Source of the DNA: Paragordius varius
Taxonomy: Eukaryota > Animalia > Nematomorpha
Direction: 5' to 3'
Length of the DNA stretch: 64,000 nucleotides
Assembly: GCA_964247055.1 (NCBI GenBank)
Contig: OZ176055.1
Span: 620,001-684,000 of the forward strand
In this document: positions 11,753-23,292 of the stretch, piece by piece
Numbering within the stretch: the first letter of the stretch is position 1
How the letters are laid out: each line of letters opens with the position of its first letter
The notes under the pieces: generated by a model
What the model was told of the DNA's origin: nothing
Databases searched by the model: none
Seen by the model: only the letters and a program-made list of their open reading frames with translations
Program-made: the position numbers and the translations under genes

Positions 11753-13214
11753 CATGACAAAAGTTAGACGCAATCAAAAGCTTCTATTACCTAACTTTAA
11801 CGTACTACCTTTGGTTAAATCAATTTAATTTCGCCACCAGCGACAAACTAGATACACAGATGTTGAGTATCCTAAAACCAATACTGGGGCTCCCAAAAGA
11901 CGCTAAACCACATCTTTGCATTGGGAATAAGGCGAGCCCTAGCTAAAAAGTCATTTCAACATCTTTAGAATCGATGCAGCCTTCAAATCGATTCATTCAA
12001 ATGACCAAATGGTCAAAAAATATGCACAAAACGAGCTCAATTTAACAGCATCAATTACGCGGTGATCACTTGCTCAAAAATTTTCAATCTCACTTGGTGC
12101 GAATGGGTCCCCCTAGGTGATTCTTCCTTAGCCATTCAGTTTCATGAAAGCCTAATAGTCCCGGACAAGAAAATTCCCATGTTCACCTTTTCCGGAATGC
12201 AATAAGAGGCGAGAAAGACCAGAATTTCCACCACCTTGCAAACAATTAAAGGATAATGGAATCTCTCGCCATGGATAAATCTTCCCATTCCTTCTTATTC
12301 TCGGGCAAAAACCTAAGGTTTAAGGATTGAAGATTTAGTCATAGGGCAAACTCAGCCTTTTCCCTCTTAACAGCAAACCGGGAAGGTTCGACGATACCTC
12401 ATCAGAAGGTGCAAGAACCGGATTGAATCTGGATCGCATGTAATATATCACTGCCTGATAGACACAGGTATTGTCGCCGAGCGACACAACAAATTGATCG
12501 ATTATATTAAATCCTTATTTCCCAAAAAATTCTCTGTTATATCTGAAAATCAAAAGGTTGATGACTCAAACTTGCGACCTGATATAGTAATAACTGATAA
12601 TCTAACCGCTACATAACAGACCCGACGATCCCCTATGAAAACACTCTTTTCATTAGACGACGCATTTAACACCAAGCTCACTAAATATTATCACCTGATC
12701 TGCCCCTTCTCTGGAAAATACCCCGATGCTGAAATCATACCTGTAGTGATAGGAGCCCTAGGATTATGGTACCTACCCTTCAAATGACAAACTTTTTGAC
12801 GCACTTGAAATAAAACACCCCACCCATTTCAAACAAAAGCTCATCCTGGAAGTGCTTAAATCTTCCTGTGACATCTACCACCTGTTCATCAGTGGTCGGA
12901 ACGTTCAACCTCTATCTGATACTTCTGTATTGCCTCCCCCGTCAACAACCTCAGTGGCCAAGCCAAAATTAGTCCTATGCAAACTCCTATTCTCACCTTT
13001 TCTCCATCTTATTTTATATATATTTTTATTCTTACAAATATTATAAATTCCTTATACCTTTATAGCCTTTTCTTATATTATCATACAAATGGCATTTGTA
13101 GTAAAACAATAGATGTAATTTTTATTTCCATTTATCCATATATATTCATTCCCTTGACTCTTTTTCTTTTACAATTTCTATTGATATGTTATTATTAAAT
13201 TCTTTAATAAATTT
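11753..13214 (+). mobile_element. 5'-truncated decayed RLE-type retrotransposon, copy 4, with 3' UTR joined to U1
   Basis: Begins in the RT thumb (QKLDAIKSFYY..LGLPKDA), continues through CCHC/RLE (frameshifted; ORF 12852 LKSSCDIYHLFISGRNV) and a ~290 bp UTR ending ..TTTAATAAATTT before the U1 sequence. Confidence 0.85.
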
Positions 13215-13361
13215 TAATTATCTCTGACCAAGAAAGGAGATATCCTAGTTAAAGGTTAACCATTGCACTTCGGTTTTGCTGATAGCTATAACTACTCCAA
13301 ATTGGGTTACGTTAAGCACATAATTTATGGGTGTTGGCGGTTTGCGTTCGCGCTTACCGCC
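13215..13361 (+). ncRNA. U1: Divergent U1 snRNA variant lacking the 5' ~20 nt
   Basis: atctc-tGACCAAGAAag-gagat (stem-loop I); aacc-ATTGCACttc-ggtt (U1A loop); Sm site ATAATTTATGG; intact stem-loop IV ggcggt..gcg-TTCG-cgc..accgcc. Confidence 0.88.
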
Positions 13362-13399
13362 TTATATCTCTTAAGTTAAATTTACTTTTTTAAAAGCCA

Positions 13400-15190
13400 A
13401 TTTTATCTTGAGCACGAATGTTGGTTCTCGGGGGAGGCAATTACGGAAGTTTTAGATAGAGATTAAACGTTCCGATCACTGATGAATAGGTGGTAGATGT
13501 CACAAGAGCATTTTAAGCACTTCCGCGATGAGTTTTTTTTGATACGGATGGGGTATTTTATTCCTAATGCATCGAAAAGTTTGTCATATCTGGGGTACCA
13601 TGAGGCTAGAGCTCCTATTACTACAGGGATAATTTTAACGTTAGAGTATTCACCTGAAAGGGAGCAGACGGTCATACTTTGTAAGTTTGGTAGTGTAGGC
13701 ATCATCTACGGATGAGAATCTGTTGCAAGGAATTGTAGAATAAATGATGTAGCAATCGCTATTATCGGTATCAAGTCCGGTCTTAAGTTTGAGTTATCAA
13801 CCCTTTAATTCTCTTATCGAAAACCTATTTAATATAATCGACTACCTTGTTGTATCGATCGGTGACAATACCTGTGTCTATGATGGATATTCCTAATTAA
13901 ATTGTTCTGGCACCTGAAAGTGTTATCATCGAACCTTTCCGGTTTGCAGTTAATGGGCAGCAGGTTGAGTCTGGCCCTATGAATGAATCTCCAGTCATAA
14001 ACAGCTTTTTGCCACAGAAGAAAGGAATGGGATGATCCAAGGCAACGCATTTTATTATCCTCCCTTGGTTCGCGAGTTGTAATAAATTCTCATATTTCTC
14101 ACCTCTTATTGCATTCCAGAACAGGTGAATTAGAGAATTGCTCAATTGAATAGCGAAACAGTCACCTAGGAGTTTCCAAATCGCAGCAAGTGAAATTCAG
14201 AATTTGTAAGCAAGGGACCATACGTTCCCATGATTTATGTAGCCATTCACTTCCTCCTATTCAGAGAAATATTGACACATTTGTTTATGGGTTGGGGCTG
14301 AAATGAGTTTAAATATTTTTGTAACTGTTAGATTAAGCTTTTCTAGATTTCCATAGGGTCATTTGAGTCAAGAAGAAAGGTAGCATCAATTCTGAAGATG
14401 TCAAAATCGTTTAAGAGCTGGAATGCCAGCTCTCTTACTCTTCGGTGCAAAGGTGTAATTGTTAGTAGCATCTTTTGGAAAGCCGAATAGTATTTTTACG
14501 ATACTTGGCATATGTGTATTAAGTTTGTCACTAGTGGCGTAATTAAATTGATTTAAACGAAAGTCATATGTTAGAATTTGGTAATAAAAGTTGTTTATTG
14601 CATCTAACTTTTGCATAGTGGCAAGGTTGGATATCGCAATATTGTCAAGCATTTCAATTACTGCGGGAAATGGTAGGGAATAACACTAATAGATTCCCTG
14701 ATATTTTTTGGTGTTCTCCACAATTATTTTTATTTTGATTTTCAGGATTAATAAGATGAACCCGATTCAATTCATTGACAATAAAATTAATATTATTTTG
14801 GTGATTATTATGGGATATGCATATAAATCAATCCCTTTATCGGGGGCCCGCTTGATGATGTTATTTAATCCAATTATAAATAGGAGCCCTGAGAGTAGGC
14901 ATCCTTGTTTGATGCCTTGATCCAGTTTGATCGGGTAAGACATATCGTTGTCGGAACGAATGGATGTGTAAGTATTTGATAGGGAATTGGAGATTAGAGA
15001 GATAGGCTCTTCGAGACGCCTAGACTTTTCAGGTTATCGTGGATGGGCGGATGTGGAATTTTGTCGAATGCATTGGAGATAAAGGCATCTGATATGGGCT
15101 TGCTTCCTCTTCTGTTTTTTGACGCCTTAATGACCAAGCTAGCCGCATATAAAGGCGGTTCATATTTAGTGGTCAACAAATTACATGCCC
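13400..15190 (-). mobile_element. Decayed RLE-type retrotransposon, copy 5 (RT through RLE, 3' UTR missing)
   Basis: Fragmented frames: NAFDKIPH (14994-15179), IKQGCLLSGLLF, QKLDAINNFYY..FGFPKDA (14401-14652), LANQGRIIKCV, DWRFIHRARLNLLPIN (13829-14050), PVVIGALASW..DIYHLFIS (13463-13705). Confidence 0.88.
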
Positions 15191-15194
15191 CTTA

Positions 15195-16350
15195 GCCAAA
15201 ACAACCTATTATTACACTTTCAAAAAGGTATCCCCTGCTCTAAGTAGAAGCGGAAACAAGCTTTTATTACCTGCATCGATGTCTTTAAAATATTCGATAA
15301 ATACCTCATGCAGTAATTCTCACCAACCTCAAAAGATTATTTATAACCCTTAACCGTATTTCCCTAGTTCCAAATACTCTTTCAAACGCTTACAAAGAAA
15401 AAGAGGGCTCTCACCCAAAACTGTTTTAATGTTTTTTCGAATAGATGCTACATTCAAACTTCCTCATAAACGACCCATTCACAAACCATGCTAATGAGGA
15501 ACTAGGTAATATAGAAAAAAACACACTCAGGTCCAACACACGACCCAATTTGCAAGCACGTGTCCGGTAATGAAGATGGTGCCAATTAATATATCAATTA
15601 TTCCATATAAAGTCTTTTGCTCGCAAATCTCCTCTCGCTCTTGCCGCTACATGGAAACCTCTAGGCATTTCTTTTTTATTCAACTCGGTTGCAATCTTAT
15701 AGTTTTTAAATTGGAAAATTTTTATTGTAATATAATATAAAATGCAATAAGTAGTGAGTAAGATAAGAACTTCTCTTACCTCGTCAACCAAGGGATAATA
15801 ATAAAATGTATTGCTCTAAATCTGGTTAACCATTGCTTAATACACGGGCATTACAATGCGGCATAACAAGGTGGATAACTACATCAATTCGAGAAAAGCA
15901 TTCAAAATCAAAAGGTTGACGAGCACAACCTCCTACCGGATTTAATAATATCTGGGAATACAAATTTCTGGTACCTTCTAAAAGAGACATCATTAGACGA
16001 CGCATAAAACACCACACTATATACATTCACTTGATCTGTAACCTTCAGAAAAATACTCCAACTATTATATCCCATAAGAACTTTGTTCGTGGTACCCCCA
16101 GATTAATAGACTTTTTGATGATTTAAAATTAAAAGTACAATCGTATCAAACAAGAACACATTTCGGAAGTAATTAAATCATTAGGCGACATTTATCAGTA
16201 GTCGAAACATGTAGCCCCCAAGTAAAACGCCCATCGATATCTTACCCAACAAACCCTGTGCCCAACCAAACAAATTTTATGAGTGCCCCGTTCACACTTT
16301 ATCTTCCCAGCCCCCGAGTCTTCTTTCCTACTTTTTAATGGTTTATTTGC
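15195..16350 (+). mobile_element. Decayed, internally deleted RLE-type retrotransposon, copy 6
   Basis: RT motif remnant (CIDVFKIFDKIPH near 15265-15310), followed by RHNKVD..PDL..RLE remnant (15850-16200). Paralogue of copy 1. Confidence 0.78.
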
Positions 16351-16379
16351 TTCGGGAAAAAGAAATTTTTCGCTTACAA

Positions 16380-17350
16380 CAATTATCATCATCAGGTCGT
16401 TGTTTCTCCAGCATTAGCCAGTTCCCAAATTCTTGAGCAAAATAACTTGCGATTGAGACAGTCGTCTTTGGTCAATTGAGGTAAGTTTAAGTCATGGCTG
16501 AAATTTTTCCCAATCTGTAGCTGCCTCGTCTTAAATTGCCATTAAGATGAAAGGACCTAAATTTGTTAATCCAACCATTAAGCGTTCAATATGGCCCTAA
16601 TAGATGATACGATTTTTTCTGAAAAAAGAAGACATAGGTTTATTTTTTTAATAGATGCTGCTATAATCTACTTTATTCATATTGACCAATAGCCAAAAAT
16701 CGCGTTGACGAGGAGCTAAATAACAATTATAATTGAAGCTACATCTCCTTCGACCATGACCAGGTGTGATAATACATGTCTGCTAATGAAGGAAGTGCCA
16801 AAGGCCGTTTTAATTATTCATTGTATAGTGTTTTGTTTGGATTTATCCTTGTAACATGAAAATTTTGAAATAAACACTCATCAAATTATGTTGAATAATT
16901 ATAGCATAGGAATTAAATTTTTTCAAAATATAATGTGACCAAAGGCTAATACATTCATTACCTTGCGAACCAAAGGAGATTGATGGATGCTATAGTTAAT
17001 CCTCCCAAACCTCTGTGTTTTTCTAAAACAAAGAATGCAATTTATTATCTCACTCAATTTCAAGGTTGCATAATGGTAGGCATATAATTGCAGACTGACA
17101 TGTTAAAAAAATCAATCCGATTTGAAAAGGGACATGGCTATTTATATTTTTTTGTGTAACCAGATTTTAATTGATAAGTGATGGCCCCCCATGCCCCCCT
17201 TATTCCTTGTTACATCTTTATGTCTGCATTCGGTAAAGGCATATATAGCCGATCCGTTTAATGAAGAGTTTCATGAAGAAAAGTTTTTATCAAAGACTAT
17301 TATCCAATTTATAACTATTTTGATCATAGTTAAACCAAGAATAACAGTGT
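16380..17350 (-). pseudogene. Duplicate of the possible degenerate AP-endonuclease LINE remnant
   Basis: Paralogous to 1000-1930, with similar broken motifs (..RHKDVTRNKGAWGAITY). Confidence 0.35.
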
Positions 17351-19980
17351 TTTATGTTTAGGTTTACGACACCTCAAATTTTAGAACTTTTAATTTCACA
17401 AAATTAATTTTTTTACTCTATCGTGACTAAAATGGGCAACATAGTCCAATGCCAACTTCAAAAGCGATATTTTTTTAAATTAGGAAAAGGGCGGCCCCAA
17501 TTTAATTTATTCTTTATGTTGATAAATATATTGAATAAGTTAAATTATAAAATAAAATTAATTTGGAGAATAAAATGTCATATTTTAATACTTCAACGGG
17601 CCCATAAGATCGACAGAAAAAGATGGTTAAATTTAAATATTAAATATTTAGCTTATGCACTTATGTTTAAATTTGGATGAATTGTTTTTTTATATTTTAG
17701 TAAATCGATGTTAAATAAATGCTAACTTTTAATGATACTACCTTATATCAGGAGTTCCCACCACAAATGCCTTCGCGAGCGGCATTTGAGAAATATCTGG
17801 TCATTAACAAAATTTTATTAGCTTTTAAACATATGACTTTAAAAACTACTCAATATAACAATTTTTGCTAGCTTATTTCCTTTTTAAAGATTTTTACAAT
17901 ATTGGCCCGATTTAAAACAAATATTTTATGAAATATTTAAGGCAGGGGCCGCATGGGGTCGTCCATAAAATTGTTGTAGCCAGCAAGAAATTTCTGCAAA
18001 ATTTTACGAAATAAATAATATTAAATTTCTTAGTATAATTTTTTTGATTTAAAAAGATCTTTACGTTAGAATTCAAAACATACAATGACACTTGTTAAAT
18101 ACAAATATATTTATTAATCAAGCCATTTAAATTTTTACGCCTTCAATTTTGTATAATTTATAAAATTTTGCAATTATTATGTTTAAATAGCTGTTCTTCC
18201 TCTTAATCTTTGTCTTAAAATAAATTTTAATTTTTGTTTAGCTAATTATGTACGGCAGGTGGTGTTCATTATAGAGGAAAAGGCACTTTTTTATATTTAG
18301 ATAATAATTTAATACAAGTGTTTGGATTTATTAAATCCATTTTAAAAAAAGCTCAATCATATATTTATTGTATTTTCGATCAATATTTCAATTTGCCATC
18401 TAAAAACAGTATGTCGACAATTGAATAAATACTCAATAATTTTTTATATAACCATTATAAATTTTTTTTCCTCATCGTTTTTTTGCTCATCCTTAATTAT
18501 TAACGAATACCAGGTAAATTTCAAAAAAAAATCCAATTTTATTTTATAATTTTTAGAAAGAAGTGCAACATCATGAAACTATTACATGTTTTATCGGTGA
18601 TTTCGGTCCTAATTTTGGGTATATTTTATTTTTAGTTTTAAACAAAAAAAACACTGATATTACTTAAAAATATTTTTTGATTTTATCAGTTGTCTATTTT
18701 TTTCATATTTAATAATTGTTTAATTTCTAAGGCTACATGTCTGTGACCGCGGAAGATAGAAAACCGGTTGAAGAGCCCATCGCAGTTCGAAAACATTACC
18801 CAGGAACTGGTTACCGTGATATCCCTAGACATAAATGAACCATAAAAGTGTTTATGAAAATTTTTTTTACTGTTTTAGGCCTAGCCTATGCTTTAAACCC
18901 AATTTTTAACAATTAAACACCAATATTTTGTGAAAAACTTCCTAATTAATATTGTTATAAATAAATGATTAGTTTAGTTAGATACATTATATAGTGATGT
19001 ATGATGATAGAGAATATTAAATTGGTGGCGATATATTTTGGCGAACGTCATCAGGTTTCACTTAATTACTTTTAATATACCCTTAACGAAAGATTATCAA
19101 TATAGTGTAGTACTTTCAAGTTATATCCATCTGTATGGAAAAATTTAGAGATAGGAATCGCAGTCTGGGTTCTTATAAATATCAAGAATGGTTTCATAAA
19201 TTGTTTATCTATATGAAACTTATTCCTGTAAAATATATTATAACATGTAATATTAATAAAATTAAAAAAACACAGTAAAAATCAAAATAATAAAGACAAA
19301 ACATATAAAAATTATATATTTTTTACATAAAAGCTACACATTTTAAACTTTCAATTATTACAATTTTAAAAATTATAATTTTTTTAAATAGTATGGCTGT
19401 TTTTTCATAAAAATATTTCTCTCCGTTTTTACATTTTTATAATTGTATTTTTTAATTTTTATCAAATTTTTCTTTCAACATTAGAATTTATTTTTTTATC
19501 TTGAAAAAAGTTTAACATATCCAAAATTATTATATAAGTCACCCTGACCCTCCCACTATTCTGGATTCAATAAGGATGTTCCGGAACAATGCAAATGTTT
19601 TGCTTTTAAATGTTGATTACGATAATGTATTTGAAATATAGCATTTATATCAAAAAACTTTTATTTAGCGTGCTTTAATATTGCGATTTTGTGAAAGGAA
19701 GCTATTACCACAAAAGTATATAAAATCATAGATTTCTCGTAACCAAAAAGCATCGTAAAAATTCTGATGCATTTTTCTATCATTGAATTCATTAGTTTTG
19801 TGTGTACTGTGTGGAGCATTTCTCGGAGCTCAATATAGTATTTTTTGGATTAAAAATTGACTTATATGTTTTTTTTCCAAAAAAAATATACCAATACTCA
19901 TCTAAAATTTGAATCAAAATAAACAATTTTTTCAAAATAAAATATTTTAATAAGTAATTCTAGTATATTCGCTCGCAACT

Positions 19981-20844
19981 GTTGTACCATTCAATTTCAA
20001 ATATGATTTTTGTTTACTTATTTTCGATTGCGCCGAACATATTCGTCTCGCTTTTTTAATTCAGGCCCTCTTTTTACCCGCTCTCCCCGTAAAATGCCAT
20101 TTTTTTCAAAAAACAAAGTCCACAAAAATAATTTTAAAATATTTTGCCCAAGGTATACCGTGAAAATTCAATAAGGATTCTACGTATTCCCTGTTAAAAG
20201 GCAAAAATTTTAGTCAAGCGTTTCTTTGATGATAGCTGCTGAGTAAAGAGCCTCGAAAAACTGACCCGTCATATCAAAATAGCGTGCTTTTGGAGCTAAA
20301 TTTCAGAAAACCTATCAGGCCATATGAGTTCAATAGCTGCTTAAAGTATTACGCGTAAACAGTCAAAAATATTAGTCTAGCGTTTTTTTCAAATTAGCCA
20401 GTTAAATAGGCCCTTTACGCCCTAAAAAATGCGCTATCATTGAACTATTATTTAGTTTTAAAGCCATTCTTCCATAAACTATTAGGAATGAACGATAATT
20501 CCAGGTATAAAGGCATTTTTATACTGGCCTCTGGGTAGGGGGCTACCCACCTACAAAAGCCATCATATCGATACAGCATACCTTTGGAGCCAAATTTCAG
20601 AAAACCAGATTATGTGAATCATTTTTAAACTTCGTGCGACATAACAAAATTGCTTATAAAATCAAATATATATTATGCTCATTTCAAATAAAATTGTCTA
20701 TCTCAATATTAAAACGAGACATTTAAATGTCGATATAATCCACATATGTGGATATTTTATTGTCCCGTTTTTTCAAATAGCACCCCCCCTCCAGAAGTCC
20801 GAAGGACTTCCTCGAGCTGTATAGCATCACGAGATTCACGCTAG
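19981..20844 (+). mobile_element. Non-autonomous Helitron, 5'-truncated
   Basis: Internal sequence matches the 6279-7278 family and ends gaagtcc-gaa-ggacttc..cacgagattcacgCTAG|T. Absent at the paralogous site in copy A (about 4430-4490). Confidence 0.82.
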
Positions 20845-21457
20845 TAAAGATATAAATGCTCAGTTATGTAATTTAAAATAATCTAATACTTTGCGTAGGA
20901 ATATAAATTATGGTATTTTAAATATTATTTTATTTTTAATAATTTTAATTTAAATTGATGTAATTAAACGACTGGTTAATAGTAAAAGCATCATAAGTAT
21001 TTTGACACATTAACAGAGTATATGTTATTTATATGATATCTATGCTCCACTGCGTGCAAAAAGGGTATAAAAGATATTTTGTTGAAATATATACCATTTT
21101 CAAGAGTGTTCTTGAATACTTCAAGCTGGTGCTTGAAAACTTTAAGTTGGTCCTTCAACTTTTTTAATTTGTTTTTAAGTTTTCTCAGTCAAACTTTGTA
21201 TTATTATTCATATATTTTATTTTTAACATCTATTATCATGCTTTAACCAAATTTTTAAAATAATATCAGGATTTAATCATTCAGAGACCTTATATCATTT
21301 CTTTGTAAAATTCATATAAATTTTAAAACTTAATTGAAAAAAATATCAGTTTCTGGTTATTAATTACAATTTTCGGTTGAGAACAATTAAAATTGAATGA
21401 ATTGTTGAATTCAAAAATATTAGTACGAAACAAACAAAAAATTTAAAAATTAAATGA

Positions 21458-21489
<32 letters not shown>

Positions 21490-21519
21490 TTTAAGAAAAG
21501 TAGGTTAAAATAATCATAC

Positions 21520-23292
21520 TAAACAAAAAATAAAATTGTCAACAAAAAGTCTCGAGATCGCAGAAAAACGTAGAGAATCCAAAATCAAATGAAAATGGGA
21601 TGAATACAAATAACTAAACAGTGAATTTCAAAAGAGTGCAAGAGAGGTCAAAAATAATTATTATGACCAATTGTCTAAAAATTAGAAACAGGCGCCAAAA
21701 ATAACCGAAACTTTTTCCATACAAACAATATTATTCCACACAAAAAGGCTTTTTACAAGGGACCTATGAGAAACGACAACAACTCAATCGTCACTGAAAA
21801 AGAAAAGTCGCAAACTCTGGCTTAAACACATAAGTAAACTATACAACGTAAATAACTCCCAATCAGAGGGGCACAGAGACATCCCTACAATAATAAAATA
21901 TATCCCAATCGATATACTTACCAAATTATTACAAACCATATTTGAGATGGAAAAATTTTTTGAGGATTGGTGCACATCAATTATGATTCCTATTTTAAAA
22001 AAGTAATCCAGAACTGTGCGACAACTATCGCATAGCGCTCTATAACAAGGTGTCCAAAGTTTTCCTAAAAATAATACAGTTTCGACTAAATTCCTTTCTT
22101 GACCCCGAGATATCGACGATTCAGGCTAGTTTTCGAAAAGGTAGAGGATGCCGAGATATGATATGCAATATGAGGTGGATACTAGAGAAACACATCGAAT
22201 TTAACAAAGAACTGCACATGTGCTTTGTCAATTTTTCCAAAGCATTTGATTCCATCCAACACAATAAATTAGGAACATCCCTAAAACAACTTGGAGTATC
22301 AACACATCTAATCAACGTCATATTTTCAATTTACTTAAATTCCACAGCTATAATATCTACACCTCACGGTATATCTGATTCATGTAAGGTACAAGTCGGC
22401 CTACGCCGAGGATGCGTTTTATCCCCAATTATTTTTAACGCATACCTCGAATGTATAATAAGAAACATCCCAGAAACTTATGGCATTAATGTAGGTGGAA
22501 ACCTACTTATATCCGTTCATTACGCGGATAATATAGTCTTATTCGCTGACAGTGTAGACACATTATCGCAAGCCTTTCAAGTGTTTACAACTGAATGCAA
22601 TAAATTCGGATTAAATATCAAGTTTAAAAAAACAAAAGTTATGCAAATCAACCCGGATCAAACAACTAATTTAATAATCCTAAACGGTAATCAGATTGAA
22701 ACGGAAAACAGTTACACGTATTTGGGCAGCATTATAAACAATGACAACAACTCTACTCCCCAAATGAAACGTAGAATTGCTACCGCAAAAGCAGTCAAAT
22801 TCAAATATAACAAGATTTGGACGTCACATGACATCAAACTAAAAACCATAATCAAATTAATCAAGGCCACAATTTTCCCCACATTCCTGTATGGGGGGAA
22901 AGCTGGATACTGAAATGACGAACGACTAATAAATCTTTTCGAATTATGGGTTTGGTGGAAACTTCTCCAAATAAAATGAACAGACAAAATTTCTAACACC
23001 ACTATTTTAAATAAAATAAACCCGGAAATGTCACTTCTAGGCAGCTTAATACGGCAAAAACTATCTTTTTTCGGGCACATTATGAGAGCCAAGAAAAGTC
23101 ACTGATGCTGGTAAAAGCGAATGGTCCTCGCAAAAGAGGAAGAAGACGAGCGGTTAGGATGGATAACATTTTTAAAGAAATCAACAATCACTATCCGAAC
23201 TCAACGTTAGATCCGGTATTCCCAATGAATGGAGAAGCTATATTTTCAATGTTGCAGTTAGTCGGAATCGACTTTAGCAACAACAACAACAA
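21520..23292 (+). mobile_element. 5'-truncated RTE-clade LINE with (CAA)5 tail
   Basis: RT ORF 22050-22913, RTE-type C-terminal remnant (GPRKRGRRRAVRMDNI) and caacaacaacaacaa tail at 23278-23292. The empty site is visible in copy A near 5075. Confidence 0.85.
22050..22913 (+). CDS. Reverse transcriptase domain (RTE-clade, degenerate)
   Basis: QASFRKGRGCRD, FVNFSKAFDSIQH, GLRRGCVLSPIIFN, HYADNIVLFA (YADD changed to YADN), YTYLGSII. Confidence 0.85.
   Translation: MSKVFLKIIQFRLNSFLDPEISTIQASFRKGRGCRDMICNMRWILEKHIEFNKELHMCFVNFSKAFDSIQHNKLGTSLKQLGVSTHLINVIFSIYLNSTAIISTPHGISDSCKVQVGLRRGCVLSPIIFNAYLECIIRNIPETYGINVGGNLLISVHYADNIVLFADSVDTLSQAFQVFTTECNKFGLNIKFKKTKVMQINPDQTTNLIILNGNQIETENSYTYLGSIINNDNNSTPQMKRRIATAKAVKFKYNKIWTSHDIKLKTIIKLIKATIFPTFLYGGKAGY

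Noticed and set aside
17180-17300. NSSLNGSAIYAF as a semaphorin Sema-domain fragment
   Set aside because: Surrounding motifs fit a decayed AP endonuclease better, and no other Sema motifs were found.
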